Positions 24,968 through 38,329 of a stretch of 42,134 nucleotides of DNA are shown piece by piece (the first letter of the stretch is position 1; every line of letters starts with the position of its first letter). The position numbers were made by a program, and so were the translations under genes. The notes below the pieces were generated by a model. That model was not told the DNA's origin and made no database searches. It saw only the letters and a program-made list of their open reading frames with translations. The stretch is from Lama guanicoe (Eukaryota), in NCBI GenBank assembly GCA_013239625.1, contig MU053482.1:3139168-3181301 (forward strand), read 5' to 3'.

Positions 24968-26650
24968 GGTTGTATGAGTTCTTATTTTATGTTTTAGATA
25001 TTAACCCCTTACCAGATATATGATTTGCAAATATTTTCTCTCATTCAGTAGGTTGTCTTTTCATTTTGTTGATGGTTTCTTTTGCTACGCAGAGGCTTTT
25101 CAGTTTGATGTAGTCCTATTTGTTTATATTTTTTGTTGTTGCTTTTGCTTTTGGTGTCACTTTCAAAAATATCATTGCTAAGACTGATATCAAGGAGTTT
25201 ACCACCTATGTTTTCTTCTAGTTTAATGGTTTCATGTCTTACATTCAAGTTTTTAGTCTATTTTTGAGTTAATTTTTGTATATAGTGTATAATAGTAGTC
25301 CAGTTCATTCCTTTGCATATGACTATCCAGTTTTCCCAATACCATTTACTGAAGAGACTGTCCTTTTCCCATTGTATATTTCTGGCTCCTCTGTCATAAA
25401 TTAATTGACTGTATATGTGTGGGTTTAAAAAATGTCTGGACTCTGTTCTATTCCATTGATCTATGTGTCTGTTTTTATGCCAAGACTATACTGTTTTAAT
25501 AACTATACTTTTGTAATATAGCTTGAAATTAGGGAGAATACCTTCAGCTTTGTTCTCCTTTCTCAAAATTGCTTCAGCTATTCAAGGTCCTTAGTGATTC
25601 CATACAAATTTTAGGATTATTTGTTTTATTTCTGTGAAAAATGCCATGAAATTCTGATAGGGATTACACTGAATCTGTAGATTGCTTTGTGTAGTATGAA
25701 CATTTTAACAATACTGATTTTTCCAATCCATGAGCACAGGAATATATTTCCACTTACTTCTGCCTTCTTTGATTTCCTTCATTAATGTCTTATAGTTTTC
25801 AATATACAGGTCTTTTGTCTCCTTGGACAAATTTGTTCTTAGGTATTTTATTCTTTTTGATACAATTATAAATGGAATTGTTTTCTTCATTTCTCTTTCA
25901 GAAAATTTCTGAAAATTAGTATATAGAAATAATTTCTATACAGTGTAATTAGTGTATAGAAATTCAACAAATTTTTGTGTATTGATTTTGTATCCTGCAA
26001 TTTTACTAAACTTGTTTATTCTAACAGTTTTTTGATGGAATCTTTAGGGTTTTCTGTATACAATATCATGTCATCTTCAAGTAATAACAGTTTCACTTCT
26101 TCCTTTCCAATTTTGGTGACTTTTATTTCTTTTTTCTTGCCTAATTGCTCTGGCTAGGACTTCCAATACCATGTTAAATACCAGTGGCAAGAGTGGGCAT
26201 CCTTGTCTTGCTTCTGATCTTTAGAGGAAAAGCTTTCAGCTTTTCACTGTTGATATGATGTTAGCTGTGTGCCTGCCATACACAGCTTTTATTATACTGA
26301 GGTATGTTCCATCTATACCTACTTTGCTGAGAGTTTTTGTCATAAATTGATGTTGAATTTTATCAAATGCTTTTCTGCATCTATTGATGGTCATGATTTT
26401 TATCCTTCATTTTGCTAATGTAGTGTATCACACTGATGATCTGTGGATTTAGAATTATCTTTGAATCTTTGGAATAAATCCCACTTGATCATAATATATG
26501 ATCTTTTAAAGTATTGTTAAGTTCAGTTTGCTAATATTTTCTTGAGGATTTCTGCATCTATGCTCATCAGTGATATTGGCCTGTAAATTTCTTTTCTTGT
26601 GGCATCTTTGTCTGGCTTTGATATTAGAGCAATGCTGGCCTCATAAAATG
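24968..26650 (-). mobile_element. L1 ORF2 fragment (RT to C-terminal region), intermediate age
   Basis: ORFs 25705-25890 (KTIPFIIVSKRIKYL...KDLYIENYKTLMKEIKE) and 25045-25248 (NVRHETIKLEENIG) are L1 ORF2. Confidence 0.93.
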
Positions 26651-26964
26651 TACCGTTTACTATACCTCAATTTAAAAAACACGTGAAAATAAATATTTAC
26701 AGAACTTTGAGAACTTGAAATACTTGACCCTCTTAAATAGTGAAATTATATAGCCCCATGATTCTGTATGTTAAGAACTAATCAATTTTAATAGATTTCC
26801 CACATTAAATTTTAATCTACACTCTATCAAAATAATAATTATAGTAGGTTTTTTTTAAATGAACTAGCTGAACTGTTTTCTGTAATATGAACATTTTAAG
26901 GAGTTAAGCTACAAAATAAATATTTTAAGGAATTAAGCTACCAAAACTTTACAGAAAAATAAAA

Positions 26965-27725
26965 TCTACTTACCAGAGTAAGACCCTTAAAAGCAAAATG
27001 GTGTTTTATTCACCTATTAATCATCATAGCCTAGGTCACTCCTTGGAGTAGAGTAAATTAAATGTCTACTCAGTTAATGAGTTAATATGCTCAAATCACT
27101 TTCTAAATCTTCCTCCCTATTACTCACTGGCAAAGGTCTAATGTTAAGACTCATTATAATATGAAATTATTCTACCTCTTAAACATCAAACTCAAACCTT
27201 TCCTTATTCCTAGCCCTCACATTCTCATCTTCTCACCATCTCTATCTTTCCCTTAAACTATAAATCCACATCATAGTGTCTGCTAGTTCTCAGCCACTCT
27301 TCACTTCACACACCTTACTACTCATCCTAGATCCCAAAGTAACAAAGTCATTGGATAAAAGAAACTAAAGAAACCTAATTCCACTGCCCAGCATTCAAAG
27401 ACTTCCTTATGGAAATCCTAGTCCCAACATATTTTCCAGACTTCCCTCTTACTGTATTTCTTCAGCCTAAATAACTTACTTGCCAATAAAACTTTCATTG
27501 TTTTCAAACATATCTGGGACTTCCTTGATTCTGTATCTTCCATAACGTTCCTTCTTTGAATGCCTGCCTCATCCTCCAGCCATTCATCAAAGTACTACAA
27601 ATCTCTCAAGTTTTAGCTCAACCTTACCTCCTCTATAAACATGTCCATGATTTACTTTATGAAACAACTCTTATAGCCTCCATAGATGCCCAGAGTACTT
27701 TATACCTCTTGTTAACAAATTTTAT
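26965..27725 (+). mobile_element. L2 remnants (3' end at ~26965-27085, internal/3' piece at ~27170-27725)
   Basis: ccagagtaagacccttaaaagca...gtgttttattcacc...gcctagg, and gttccttctttgaatgcc...tcaagttttagctcaa...acctcctctataaa. Confidence 0.6.
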
Positions 27726-27971
27726 GTGTACAGAGGGCAGTCAGGTACTCAAAAAATCTAGAAACCAAAGAAATAAGATTGTTTTCTAAGTTAAATTTTA
27801 GGGAATCTATACATTTTAAAAGAATAGTCACCCTTTAAAAAGATTTGGATCCATAAACCAAACCAAGGCAAAACTAATGGTTATTTAAAAACATACTCTC
27901 AAAAGAATTACATTAACTGAAAAGAAGGTGGGGAGAAATAGGAAGTACACAAATACACAGAATTTTGTGAG

Positions 27972-28468
27972 TATACCAATGTTCATAGCAGTATTATTCA
28001 CAATAGCCAAAAGGTAGAAACATCCAAAATGTCTATCAATGGATGAATGGATAAACAAAATGTGATATATACATACAACAGAATTATTGTTCAGCCTTTT
28101 AAAAGAGTGACAATCTGATACACACTATAAAATGAATGGACTTGAAGCTAATATGCTAAGTTAAATAAGTCAGATACAAAAGAACAAATATTGTAGGATT
28201 CCACTTATATAAAATACCTAGAAAAGTCAAATTCACAGGGACAGAAGATAGAAGAATGGTTAGCAGGGGCTGGGAGAGGAGGCTGGAATGAGAAGTTATT
28301 GTTCAATGTATACAGAGTTTCTACAAGAGACGATGAAAAAAATCCTAGAGATAGTAGTAATGGTTGCACAACATGTGAATATATTTAATGTCACTGAACT
28401 GTACATTAAAAATATTCAAAATGGTAAATTTTATGTTATGTATGTTTTACCACAATTAGATAAATAAA
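27972..28468 (+). mobile_element. L1MB-like 3' end
   Basis: ccaatgttcatagcagtattattcacaatagccaaaaggtagaaac...aatggtaaattttatgttatgtatgttttaccacaat. Confidence 0.9.
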
Positions 28469-29230
28469 CCTAGTGAAAGAAGAATTGATAGGTCTTAATC
28501 AAACACTGACCCAGGTAGAAGGGACCATGTCCACCTATTAGACATAAATATACTATGACAAATGAATTCATAAAACTATCAAAACCTGATATAATCAAAC
28601 AGCCAAAAGATAATTTCCCACTTCCTAAGTCCCAAGTGTTAGGCATGTATGTTAAATCAAATACACATCCTTTCCCCCTGGCTTCTTGAATTTCCAGCTC
28701 TAGAAGTTAGGGGGGAAGGTAGCTTCTACTAAGAAATCTAACTTTAATGTTACAGCATTCTCATGAAGGAAAATACAAAAAAAAAATGGTACTTGAGAAA
28801 TAATTATTGGAAATGCATCAACATACCTTCAAGAGATGATTTAACTATAAAGCAACACTGAGTACTGACTATATGCAAGATACTATGCTACAAATTAAGT
28901 ATAATGAAGCATAATACCACCTTCACATTTTGGGAATACAATCAAGTTTGGAGACTACATAGGTAAGTTAAAGGGTAAACAATGCAAACTAATATACAGT
29001 TGGTGCCAAATGAGTAGCACAAACAATAGATCTAAAGGATCCTAAGAAGGAAGAAATTTCTAGATCAAAAAATAACAAACTTTCCCATAAACTTGCCCAC
29101 GATTTTCAAGAAGCGTAATTTCTCTACCTGGGTACCCTCCTCCATTTGACATCGTCCCTAATTATTCTAGCCTCTATACATTATTTACTATACAACATAC
29201 CATACTCTACATTCAATTTCTTATAAGCAG

Positions 29231-29374
29231 GGGGAAGGTATAGCTCAAGGGGTAGAGCGCATGGTTCGCATGCATGAGGTCCTGGGTTCAATCCCCAGCA
29301 CCTCCTCTAAAAATAAATAAATAAACCTAAATACCTCCCCCAACACACCAATAAATAAATACAAGTAAAAAAGC
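29231..29374 (+). mobile_element. Vic-1-type camelid SINE inserted in a probable L2 remnant
   Basis: ggggaaggtatagctcaaggggtagagcgc...gggttcaatcccc. Perfect 14-bp TSD tttcttataagcag (29217-29230 / 29375-29388). Confidence 0.95.
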
Positions 29375-30639
29375 TTTCTTATAAGCAGACTTGTCACTCC
29401 AATAACTATACATTAACAGAAAGTATCCATATTGCTTAGTACAATTCTGTACATAAAGTACTTCATAAAGACTCGATGAAGTGAATGTTTCCATATAAGT
29501 ACTCAGGAATAATGCCCAGTATACATAATAAATGCAAACAATTATTACTATTTAAGGTTTGCAATATAGATAATTGTGGGAATGAGCGGGAGAAGAGGAC
29601 CTATATCTTATCTTCTCTCCCTTCAAAAAGTATTAGCACTATAGTCATGAAAGACATTTAGGACTGTGTAGGTGATCCAGTATATATTTTTGTGTTTTGC
29701 TGCAGAAGGAGATATATTTAATGAAGCATGAAATGATCTAAAACTAAGAATACTGTCGGTTATGATTAAATTTCAGTTCCCTATAGATTTCTAGGGAGTT
29801 TTTGGGTTTTGCTTCCATGTTTCTCTCATTTGGAAGAGATCCAGAGGATATTAGCCCAATTTAGCATACTCAAGTAGTTTAATTCAATTTCTTTGTAGTG
29901 TGAAACTATATTACTTTATAAGAAATGTTAAATTTATAAGAAATTTAAAATTTAAAATTAACAAATATAATTAAACTCAACTATAGAGGAAAAAATAAGT
30001 CAAACATAATCTGAAGAAAATATTTTTAAAAAATAATTTTTCAAATCATAAACAAAAGTAGAGCAAAAGCAAAGTTCGTAACTTTAAGAAACAGAAATTA
30101 AAATAATAAACCCCAAGAGAACAGTAAGGGTCTAGGGCCCTAGAAAATTTCTTAATTTGGCAATCAAATTTTAACTAATACCCTACTTTTTTTCTTAGAG
30201 AAAGTAATATACTAAGTGGTTTTACACCTTCTTAGAAATGGATAATTTTATTGCTATATTTAGTTTTAAAACATTTTACTCTAAGAAGTAGAGATCTATT
30301 TTTAAAAAGTGAGTACAAGGCCAAAGTTGACATTTTTGCAACCTACATAGAGTTGTGATTAGCTGAAGCATGAAGTCATATGTTTTGAAAAACTCTGGCC
30401 TACTCTGAAATAGAACTTAACTTTCTCAAACATGAGACAGAGGCATATCGTTAAGTCATCGCCAGGGCTACTATGTAATCATATAACTCACATTATTTAT
30501 CACAGATCTGTTTTCTGGAAACATCTAATATTCTAGAATGAGAAGACTAATTCTGGCAATTTAAGCCAACTTTGCTATCTATACCAAAGCCACAATTTCT
30601 GTGATAGGAATGAAAGAGGATATAAATTAAAACAACCAT

Positions 30640-30790
30640 GGGGAAGGGTACAGCTCAAGTGGTAGAGTGCATGATTAGCATGCATGAGGCTCTGGGTTCA
30701 ATCCCCAGTACCTCTTCTAAGAACAAATAAATAAATCTAATTACCTCCCCCTCACCAAAAAATAAAGAAAAAAAACTAAAAAAAAATTTT
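30640..30790 (+). mobile_element. Vic-1-type camelid SINE
   Basis: ggggaagggtacagctcaagtggtagagtgc...gggttcaatcccc, then an A-rich tail. TSD core aacaacca (30631-30638 / 30794-30801). Confidence 0.95.
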
Positions 30791-30883
30791 AAGAACAACC
30801 AATAAAGATTAGAAAAAGGCAATGGCACACACACACATGCATTTAAATTCAGGAGTTAAACTAAACGAGCTTAGCCAACACCA

Positions 30884-30885
<2 letters not shown>

Positions 30886-30921
<36 letters not shown>

Positions 30922-30940
30922 CAGACAGACAGACAGACAG
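30886..30940 (+). repeat. (GT)n followed by (AGAC)n microsatellite
   Basis: Directly visible. Confidence 0.95.
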
Positions 30941-31309
30941 AGACAGTGACAGAAAACACCATGAATGTAGTGTAGGCAATTCTACCTAATATTCTACTCA
31001 GTGAGATTATACCCTAGAATGAGCATAAGATGAGAAATGGAAACCTCTTTTCTACATAGTTGACCTCAATTCAGGAAGGTCTTTTAGGGGAAAAAATCTT
31101 AGCACTGTGTATGATTCAAGAATTTAAGCCACAATTTATCATTTTCAAGTAACACAAACCCAAACTACACTAACAATTTCATCCAGCGCTTAGGTGAAAA
31201 AAATAATCAATTTCTTCCAACACTGAAAGAACCAGCTGCTTTAGATGTAAGATTTAGTTTTATATTATCTCTGTACTGTACAGATTTACCAGTAAGATTA
31301 TCCTGGCAA

Positions 31310-32530
31310 TACAAGATTTGTGCTTTATGTGAGTCTTCTTCTGGATTCTCTATTCTGTTCAATTGATCTACAATATTTGTATGTTTTATGCTAATACAAT
31401 GCTATCTTGAATTCTACAACTTTATAATAAATCTTGAAATTACAGAATATAATCTTTCAGCCTTTTCCGCCTTCAAGACATTTTGGTTGTTCTAAGTCCT
31501 TTGAATTTCTATATAAATTTTAGAATCATCTTGTTAACTTTTACCAAAATATTCCATGGGGATTATTATGTTTGGGGCTATACTGCAACAATAGGTTAAT
31601 ACAAGAAGGTTGTTGACAATTCTATGAAATCCAATCCATGAACATGATTTATCTATTGCTTTATCTTCTAACATTATCTCAACAATGTTTTGGAGTTTTC
31701 AATTAGAGGTCTTTGTTATGTTCCCAATCTTAGGGGAAAATTGTTTCGATATTAATCTATTTAGTAGAATGTTAGCTTTAAGTCTTTTGAAGATGAACTT
31801 TATCAGATTAGGGAATTTTACTTACAGTCCTAATATAAGAGGAGAATTTTTTTCAGTATGAGTGGAAGTTTAATTCTTTTAATTATTTTTCCTGCCCCTT
31901 CTGGCAGTCATAGTCCTAGACTGGGAGCTGAGGGGGTGGGATGGAGGAAGGAGCCCTACGTACTTGTTTGAACCTCCCTTGAGTAAGTCTTCTACTGCTG
32001 ACCTGTTGGGGAAGAACGGTGCACATCGTGTCTCAAATGCCAGACTCTCACTGTTCTAAGATTTAGTAGATTTTCTTGAATAAATGTTTCTTCATTTGCT
32101 ATATGCCCTTAGGACCATTTACAGACTTTAAATGGTTGATTGAGGTTTTTGTGTTTGGTTCTTTGTTTCAACTTTCACTGGTTACTGGTTTTATAGGGAA
32201 GAGGTTCTGCAGAAGCATCTCATGTCATCGTGTCAAAAGTCATCTCTGACTATACATTATTTCTGTCTTTTAATGGAGTGTTAAACAATCCTTGTATTCC
32301 TGGGATAAAGCCCTTTGGTCACAGTACATGATCTATTTTATATATTATTAGTTTCAAATTGCTAATATTTTGTTAAGGATGGTTTTACCTATCTTCACTA
32401 AGGACATTAGCCTGTTATTTTCTTTTCCTGTAATGTCTTGGCCTGGTTCTAAGATCAGGGTAATCCTGGCCTCATAATAAGCTGGTAACTATTTCCTTCT
32501 CTTCTACTAACAGAGATTTCATGAATAACT
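31310..32530 (-). mobile_element. Ancient L1 ORF2 fragments with a nested L1 5'-end fragment (~31890-32241)
   Basis: tctggattctctattctgttcaattgatcta and cttgtattcctgggataaagccc flank a segment matching an old L1 5' end (minus strand: aaaccatttaaagtctgtaaatggtcctaagggcatatagcaaatgaagaaacatttattcaagaaaatctactaaa). Confidence 0.8.
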
Positions 32531-32809
32531 GGAAATAAGTAAATGCTGGAGGTGTTCAAAGGGAAAAAAGAAAACACTGCATCCCAGAATTGGTATGAGT
32601 AGTCAAATTTGAGTTTGGCCTAAGAAAGATAGTCTTAGGAGAGAAGGATAATGAAAACAGCATAGCTAAAGGCACAAATATGGGAAATTTCCAAACAACT
32701 TTGCTAGAATTCAGCAGCTTTTGGCATCTTGGTAATGAGCCATCAAAACATGATTATAGAAATACTTTATTCAAGGAATTCATATCGCCATCTTTCAGTC
32801 CCTTCATGA

Positions 32810-34325
32810 AGAATCATCACATGCTCATAAGTTTATATAGAAATGCAAAGGACTCAGAACAGCCAAAACCACCCTGAAAAAAAAAGGGGGTAAAGTTCAG
32901 ATTTCAAGACCCATTATAAAGATACAGTATTCAAAATAGTACTACTGGCATCAAGACAGACAAATAGATCATGGAACAAAATAGAGAATGCAGACACAGA
33001 TCCACACATAAACAACTGACTTCTGACAAAGTACAAAGGCAAATTCACTGGAACAAGGATAGTCTTTTAAACAGTCTGGAACACATGAATTTCCACAGGC
33101 AAAAAAGTGAACTTCGATCCATACCTTGTACCATATGCAAAAATCAACTGGAAATGGGTCACAGACCTCGTAAATTATCTAAAAATTAAAAATTCTCAGA
33201 AGAAAGCATAGAAGAAAATTTTTAGTGACCACTTTGGATTAGGAAATGATTTCTTCTTAGATATGAGGACAAAATGACAATCCATAAAAGAAAAAAAATA
33301 TGAAATAGACATTATCAAAATTTAAAGCTTCTACTCTTCCAAAGAAAAACCTAGTGTTACAACAAGTAAGATACAAGCCACAGCCTTGAAAAGAAATTTA
33401 CAAACCATATATGATAAAAGACGTTTATGCATAATATAAGACAACTCAAAACTCTAAAAAAGGAAAACAACCCAATTAGAAAGTACAAAAGATTTCAATA
33501 GACAGTTGACCAAAGAAGATATTCAGGTGGCAAACAACATGAAAATATGTTCAATATCATTAGTCATTAAAGAAATTCAAATTAAAATCATGAGATACTA
33601 TGACATATCTATTAGGATGGCTAAAATTAAAAAGACCAGCCATACTAAGTGTTGATGAGGATGTGAAGGATGTTCATGTACAATGACAGTGAAAATGTAA
33701 AATGGTATAACCACTTTGGAAAAAAAGTTTAGATGTTTCTTATGAAAGTTAAACATACACCTACCATCTGATCCAGTCATTCCACTACTGGATTTTTACC
33801 CAAAAGAAAAGAAAGCATATGTCCAAAAAATATATAAATGTTCTTAGCAGCTTTTTATTTGTCATAGCCCCAAACTGGAAACAACCCAAAGATCCACCAC
33901 CAGGTAAATGGATAAACAAATTGCAGTTTATCTATACAATGTAATATTACTCAAAAAAAAAAAAAGAACGAAGTACAGATACATGATAAAACATGGATGA
34001 ATCTCAAAATAATTATGCTGATTAAAATAAGCCAAACAAAAGAGAATACATAGTACATGATTCCAATTTATATAAAACTCTAGAAACTGCAATTTAATCC
34101 ATAGTGACAGAAAGGAGATAAATGAATGTTTGGCAGAGGGAGATGTTTGGGGAAGCATAGGAGGGAGAGATTATCAAGAGGCAATAGGAAATTATTATGA
34201 GTGATGAATAATACATTCATTACCTTCACTATTGTGGTTTCATGGGTATTAATATATGTCAAAATTTTTCAAATATGTGTAGTTTATTATATGTAAATTA
34301 TACCTCAATAAACTCACTTAAATAA
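32810..34325 (+). mobile_element. Ancient L1M 3' half (ORF2 end and 3'UTR)
   Basis: tactggcatcaagacagacaaatagatcatggaac...agtgacagaaagg...aattatacctcaataaa. Confidence 0.92.
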
Positions 34326-34334
34326 AAAATTTAA

Positions 34335-35480
34335 GGAAAACACAGGAAGACACCCATCTCTGAGATACAACACATACCAAAAAACACATTAAAATTAATT
34401 TTTAAATTTTAAATTAAAATAATAATTTTAAAATTGATAAAATTAGACTTCATTAAAATTAAATATTCCTGTTCTTTGACAGACATATATAAAGAAATGA
34501 AAAGACATGACACAGATTGGAAGAAAAATATTTACAAATCATCTATCAGTGAAGGATTTGTATCCAGATAGGTTAAAAAAAATAATAAATCTCTAAACTC
34601 TTTAAGAAAACAGAAACCCCAATTTTAAAAATGGGCCAAAGATTTGAACACATACTTCAGCAAAAAAGACATACAGATGGAAAATGAGCACATGAAAAAT
34701 TGCTCAATAGTATAAGTCATTAGGGAAACGAAAATTGAAACCAGAATGAGATGCCACTATACACAGTACAATGGCTAAAATTTAAAAGACTGACCCTACC
34801 AAGAATAGGCCAAGATGTGGGGGTACTGGAACTCTCATGTACTACTTGAGAAAAATGTTTTCAAAAAACACATTGGCAGTTTCTTTAAGAAGTTAAATAT
34901 ATACACATATGTAGTTAAATCTATCCAGTATTCAACTTCTAGGAATTTATTTAAAAGAAATGAAATCATATATCCACACAAAGACTTGACACAAATGTTC
35001 ATAGCAACTTTACTTACAAAAGCAAAAATTTGGAAATAACCAAATGTTCATCAACAAGTAAATGGATCAACCAATTGTGGGGGCGTGTGTGTGTGTGTAA
35101 AATAGACTACTACTCAGCAATAAAAAGTGAACTATTAATATATGCAACAAAGATGAATATCAAAATAAGAATGCTGCCTGAAAGAATCAAGATAAAAAAG
35201 GATACATACCAGTGTGACTCTATTTACATAAAATTCTAGAAAATGAGGTCACATTCACAGGTTCCAAGCAGCTGTATCTTTTGGGAACCCACCATTCAAC
35301 CCACTATAGTGACAGAAAGCAAATCAATGGTTGTCTGGGAATGGGGAGCAAAGAGAAAAAGGATTAAAAAGAGGCATGGAAAAACTTTTGAGGTAATGGA
35401 TATACTCATTATTATGCTTGTGGTAGTGGCTTCATGGATATATGCGTATGTTAAAAGTTATTAAAGTGTACCTTCTGTAA
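34335..35480 (+). mobile_element. Second ancient L1M 3' half with the same 3'UTR type, in tandem
   Basis: aattagacttcattaaaattaaa...aaatgggccaaagatttgaaca...agtgacagaaagcaaatcaatggttgtctggg. Confidence 0.9.
35244..35308 (-). mobile_element. MaLR MLT1-type LTR terminal fragment inside an L1 3'UTR
   Basis: aggtcacattcacaggttcc...ccaccattcaacccactata matches a recalled MLT1 LTR terminus. Confidence 0.7.
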
Positions 35481-38290
35481 TTAAAACACCTTCATTTCTC
35501 ACATCTGAGTCTCAAAATACAACCATCATTTGGTACTGAACAAAGTAAGTGATCACAAATTCAAAATAAGATAAAGGGGGAAAGATTAGGAAAGGATATG
35601 GAATTGAGAAAGAATAGCAGAACAAACTGAGCTGTAAATTATGAATGACAGTGGCTAAGGAAAGAGTTCCATTACTTAAATGGGAAGAAGGGTTAAATCA
35701 GACAGCTTAAAATTAGTGCCCTGAACACTGTCTGCTAAGAAGACTCTCAAGAAAAACACTTTTAAAGGCTATAAACAGTTAATGTATCAGTGAATTAGTA
35801 ATACTTGAAAAGAATCACTGTATCAATGAAGCATTCATTCAGTGTTACCTGTAGTAACCATAAAGCGGTATTCAGAGACCCAAACAAAAAGTAGGGAGCA
35901 CAGAATATCAAAGAAGGTTGCAAAAGCAAATGGTAATAGGTAATTTTTTAAGGTAGCTATTTCTACCAGTACAGCAAGCCAGATTTTCTAACAGTAACAC
36001 TAGTATAAACATGATGAAAACAATTAATGTTTCATCTTCACCCTTATTTTCTAAGAATAAAATTTTATATGCTAATGACAAAAGTGGGACCAAAGGTTAA
36101 AAGGGGCAGTAAAAGAGGAAAGAAGGAATTCTAAAGGACTGGCCCCTTTCTAAACTCTCATAATACCTACAATTTAGTAATGCACTGGACAATCCACTGA
36201 AACACAAAAATTCTTGCTATAGTGTTCAGAAACCATTACATTAGACACATATGCAAAATATATTTTTCTATTCCATAAAAAGTTCAAAGTTTAAAAAATA
36301 TAGAAAAATAAATAGCTATAGATTTATGTACAAATAAATTTTACTATGTTATGTGAAAAATATCACACGTTAAAGGATGAAAAAGTAATCCTTGAAAAAA
36401 ACCAAACATCCTCCTTAATGAGCAACACCCATTTGTTCCAGTATATCATGCTTAGTTCACATGACTAGCAGCTTGGTTTGGCACTCTCAATGCATAACAC
36501 AAATAATTCATAAAAGTTTGACAATATTATTTTTAGTTCACATGCTTCTTGGATTTAGCCCATAAATGCTTCTACTTTATGCTACTCTAGGGACTCCATT
36601 CAGACACAAATACATTTGTTAGCCATTGTGAGACTGAGGGGGAACTGAGTACATATACCATTTTATTCCAAACACATACATTTCATTTGGGCAGAATTTA
36701 AAATACAACAATTTAAACGAAATTACTGTTGTTGCTTCTAAACGGACTCAGTGAAGTGTGACAGTATAGGTTAGACTATACAATACTATGTACAAGAAGT
36801 ACATTTTTACTTGGTAAGGGTCACCAGTGATTATGACCTGATTAAGTTTAAAATTCTAATTCCCTTTCATTAAACTTTCATAAAATGTTTGAGAATTGTT
36901 ATACAAAATATCTTCTTAAATATAGTGTTTACAAGCACCTTGATTATATTATGAAGTACAAAACATTTTTATTTTTAATGAGGGAGAAATATATCTAAAA
37001 TTAGAACTTAACACAAACATCTGAATCAATTGTTTTCCCAACTACTTCCAAACAAAATATTTCAAATTCCGCACAAGATTCTGTAAACCCATGAGTACAA
37101 ACTCTAATCTTGACACTGAATTTGGATTATCTCCATGGAGGAAATCCATGAACCAGATGTGAATTTACTCTTCCAGATGTATTTTATATGTTTGAAAAAT
37201 AAAACATTTCTTCACTGCATTTATTGGAGGCCACTTAAAATTACACTAAAAACAGAGATAGAAAAATAGAAAGCTTACAAGTCTCGAGTCTTGTACTACT
37301 CTAAAGCAGTCATTTATTAAATTACTACTAAATTAACCAAACTACATATATAGTTGCTACATTATCAACGAACATTAAAAGTAGCTGGTAACTCAATCAA
37401 TTTAACATTTATAATCCACCATTTTTCTCAGATTTCAGTAGCCATATTAATTATGACATAAATTGTTTAAAACAATTTTGTTTTGATATTATATAGAAAT
37501 TAAGGGGAAAAATACACCTATAATTTTACTAGAATGTCAAGATTTCAACATCTGAGATAAACTTCTACTCAGAAATAAATGAATCACAGTAAAACTTTAA
37601 TAAAATTAGTCATATACCTGAATCTAACTGCATGATTTCAAATTTTTAAATCATTTTATAATACCAGTGATGTAAGTTGAAGAATCAAGAAATTTAATGT
37701 CACAAAAACCAACCTCCACTATATTAAGACCTCAACTAACTAGAAATAAAAATGGTTTCTCTGGCACATACATTTCTTTTGTCCTCCACCAGAGATGCTT
37801 TTAAATACTTAAAGTTCCTATTTAAGTATTTTTTTGAAGTATTAGCAGGAAAGTGAGTGATCTTGTTGAAATGTTTAATTTTATCCAGGAAAAGAATGTA
37901 CACACATGATAATTAGTTATGACAGTTGCAAGTGAGTGTAACATTAGTGGTTATTTTATACGAAAATTACTTAATGCACTGAGAAATAGCAACTAATCAA
38001 GCGTCAATGCACATTACAAAAATATAGACACATACGCAAACACATTAAACTGACAATTTTTGTCCTTATGTCTTCAGTGATTTAATAAAATGTCTAAATT
38101 ATGACATCTTACATAAAATGAGTATTTTAACTTTACCAACCCATTTTAATTTTAAAATAATATAATTTTCGATAATTTCAGAGGAGTACTTTATTCATAT
38201 TCCAAGAACTAAAATTCTCAACTGAAAGGAGAAAATTTTTCAGGTAGGAAATATTATATAAATAACTTATTTTTGTGATGTTCACCTCTT

Positions 38291-38329
<39 letters not shown>

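Noticed and set aside
26651..26680. Short L1-terminus-like ttactatacctcaatttaaaaaa next to the inverted ORF2 fragment (possible twin priming)
   Set aside because: Too short to assign, and I found no TSD.
26974..26985. Apparent 12-nt microexon on the minus strand (ttttgcttttaag|GGTCTTACTCTG|gtaagt) with a UGC motif
   Set aside because: It lies within what appears to be a decayed L2 3' end, the acceptor is a weak AAG, and nothing else supports it.
29231..29305. tRNA-like sequences here and at 3316 and 30640
   Set aside because: They are SINE heads with A-rich tails and TSDs, not tRNA genes.
37618..37739. Minus-strand segment bounded by a good acceptor and a CAG|gtatat donor
   Set aside because: It has stops in all three frames and a weak donor.
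37793..37852. 60-nt + strand exon-like segment (ccaccag|...|gtgagt) containing an 11-bp AT-rich hairpin (37803-37831)
   Set aside because: It is isolated, opposite to the inferred host strand and encodes no recognisable peptide. Such pseudo-exons and AT hairpins arise by chance.
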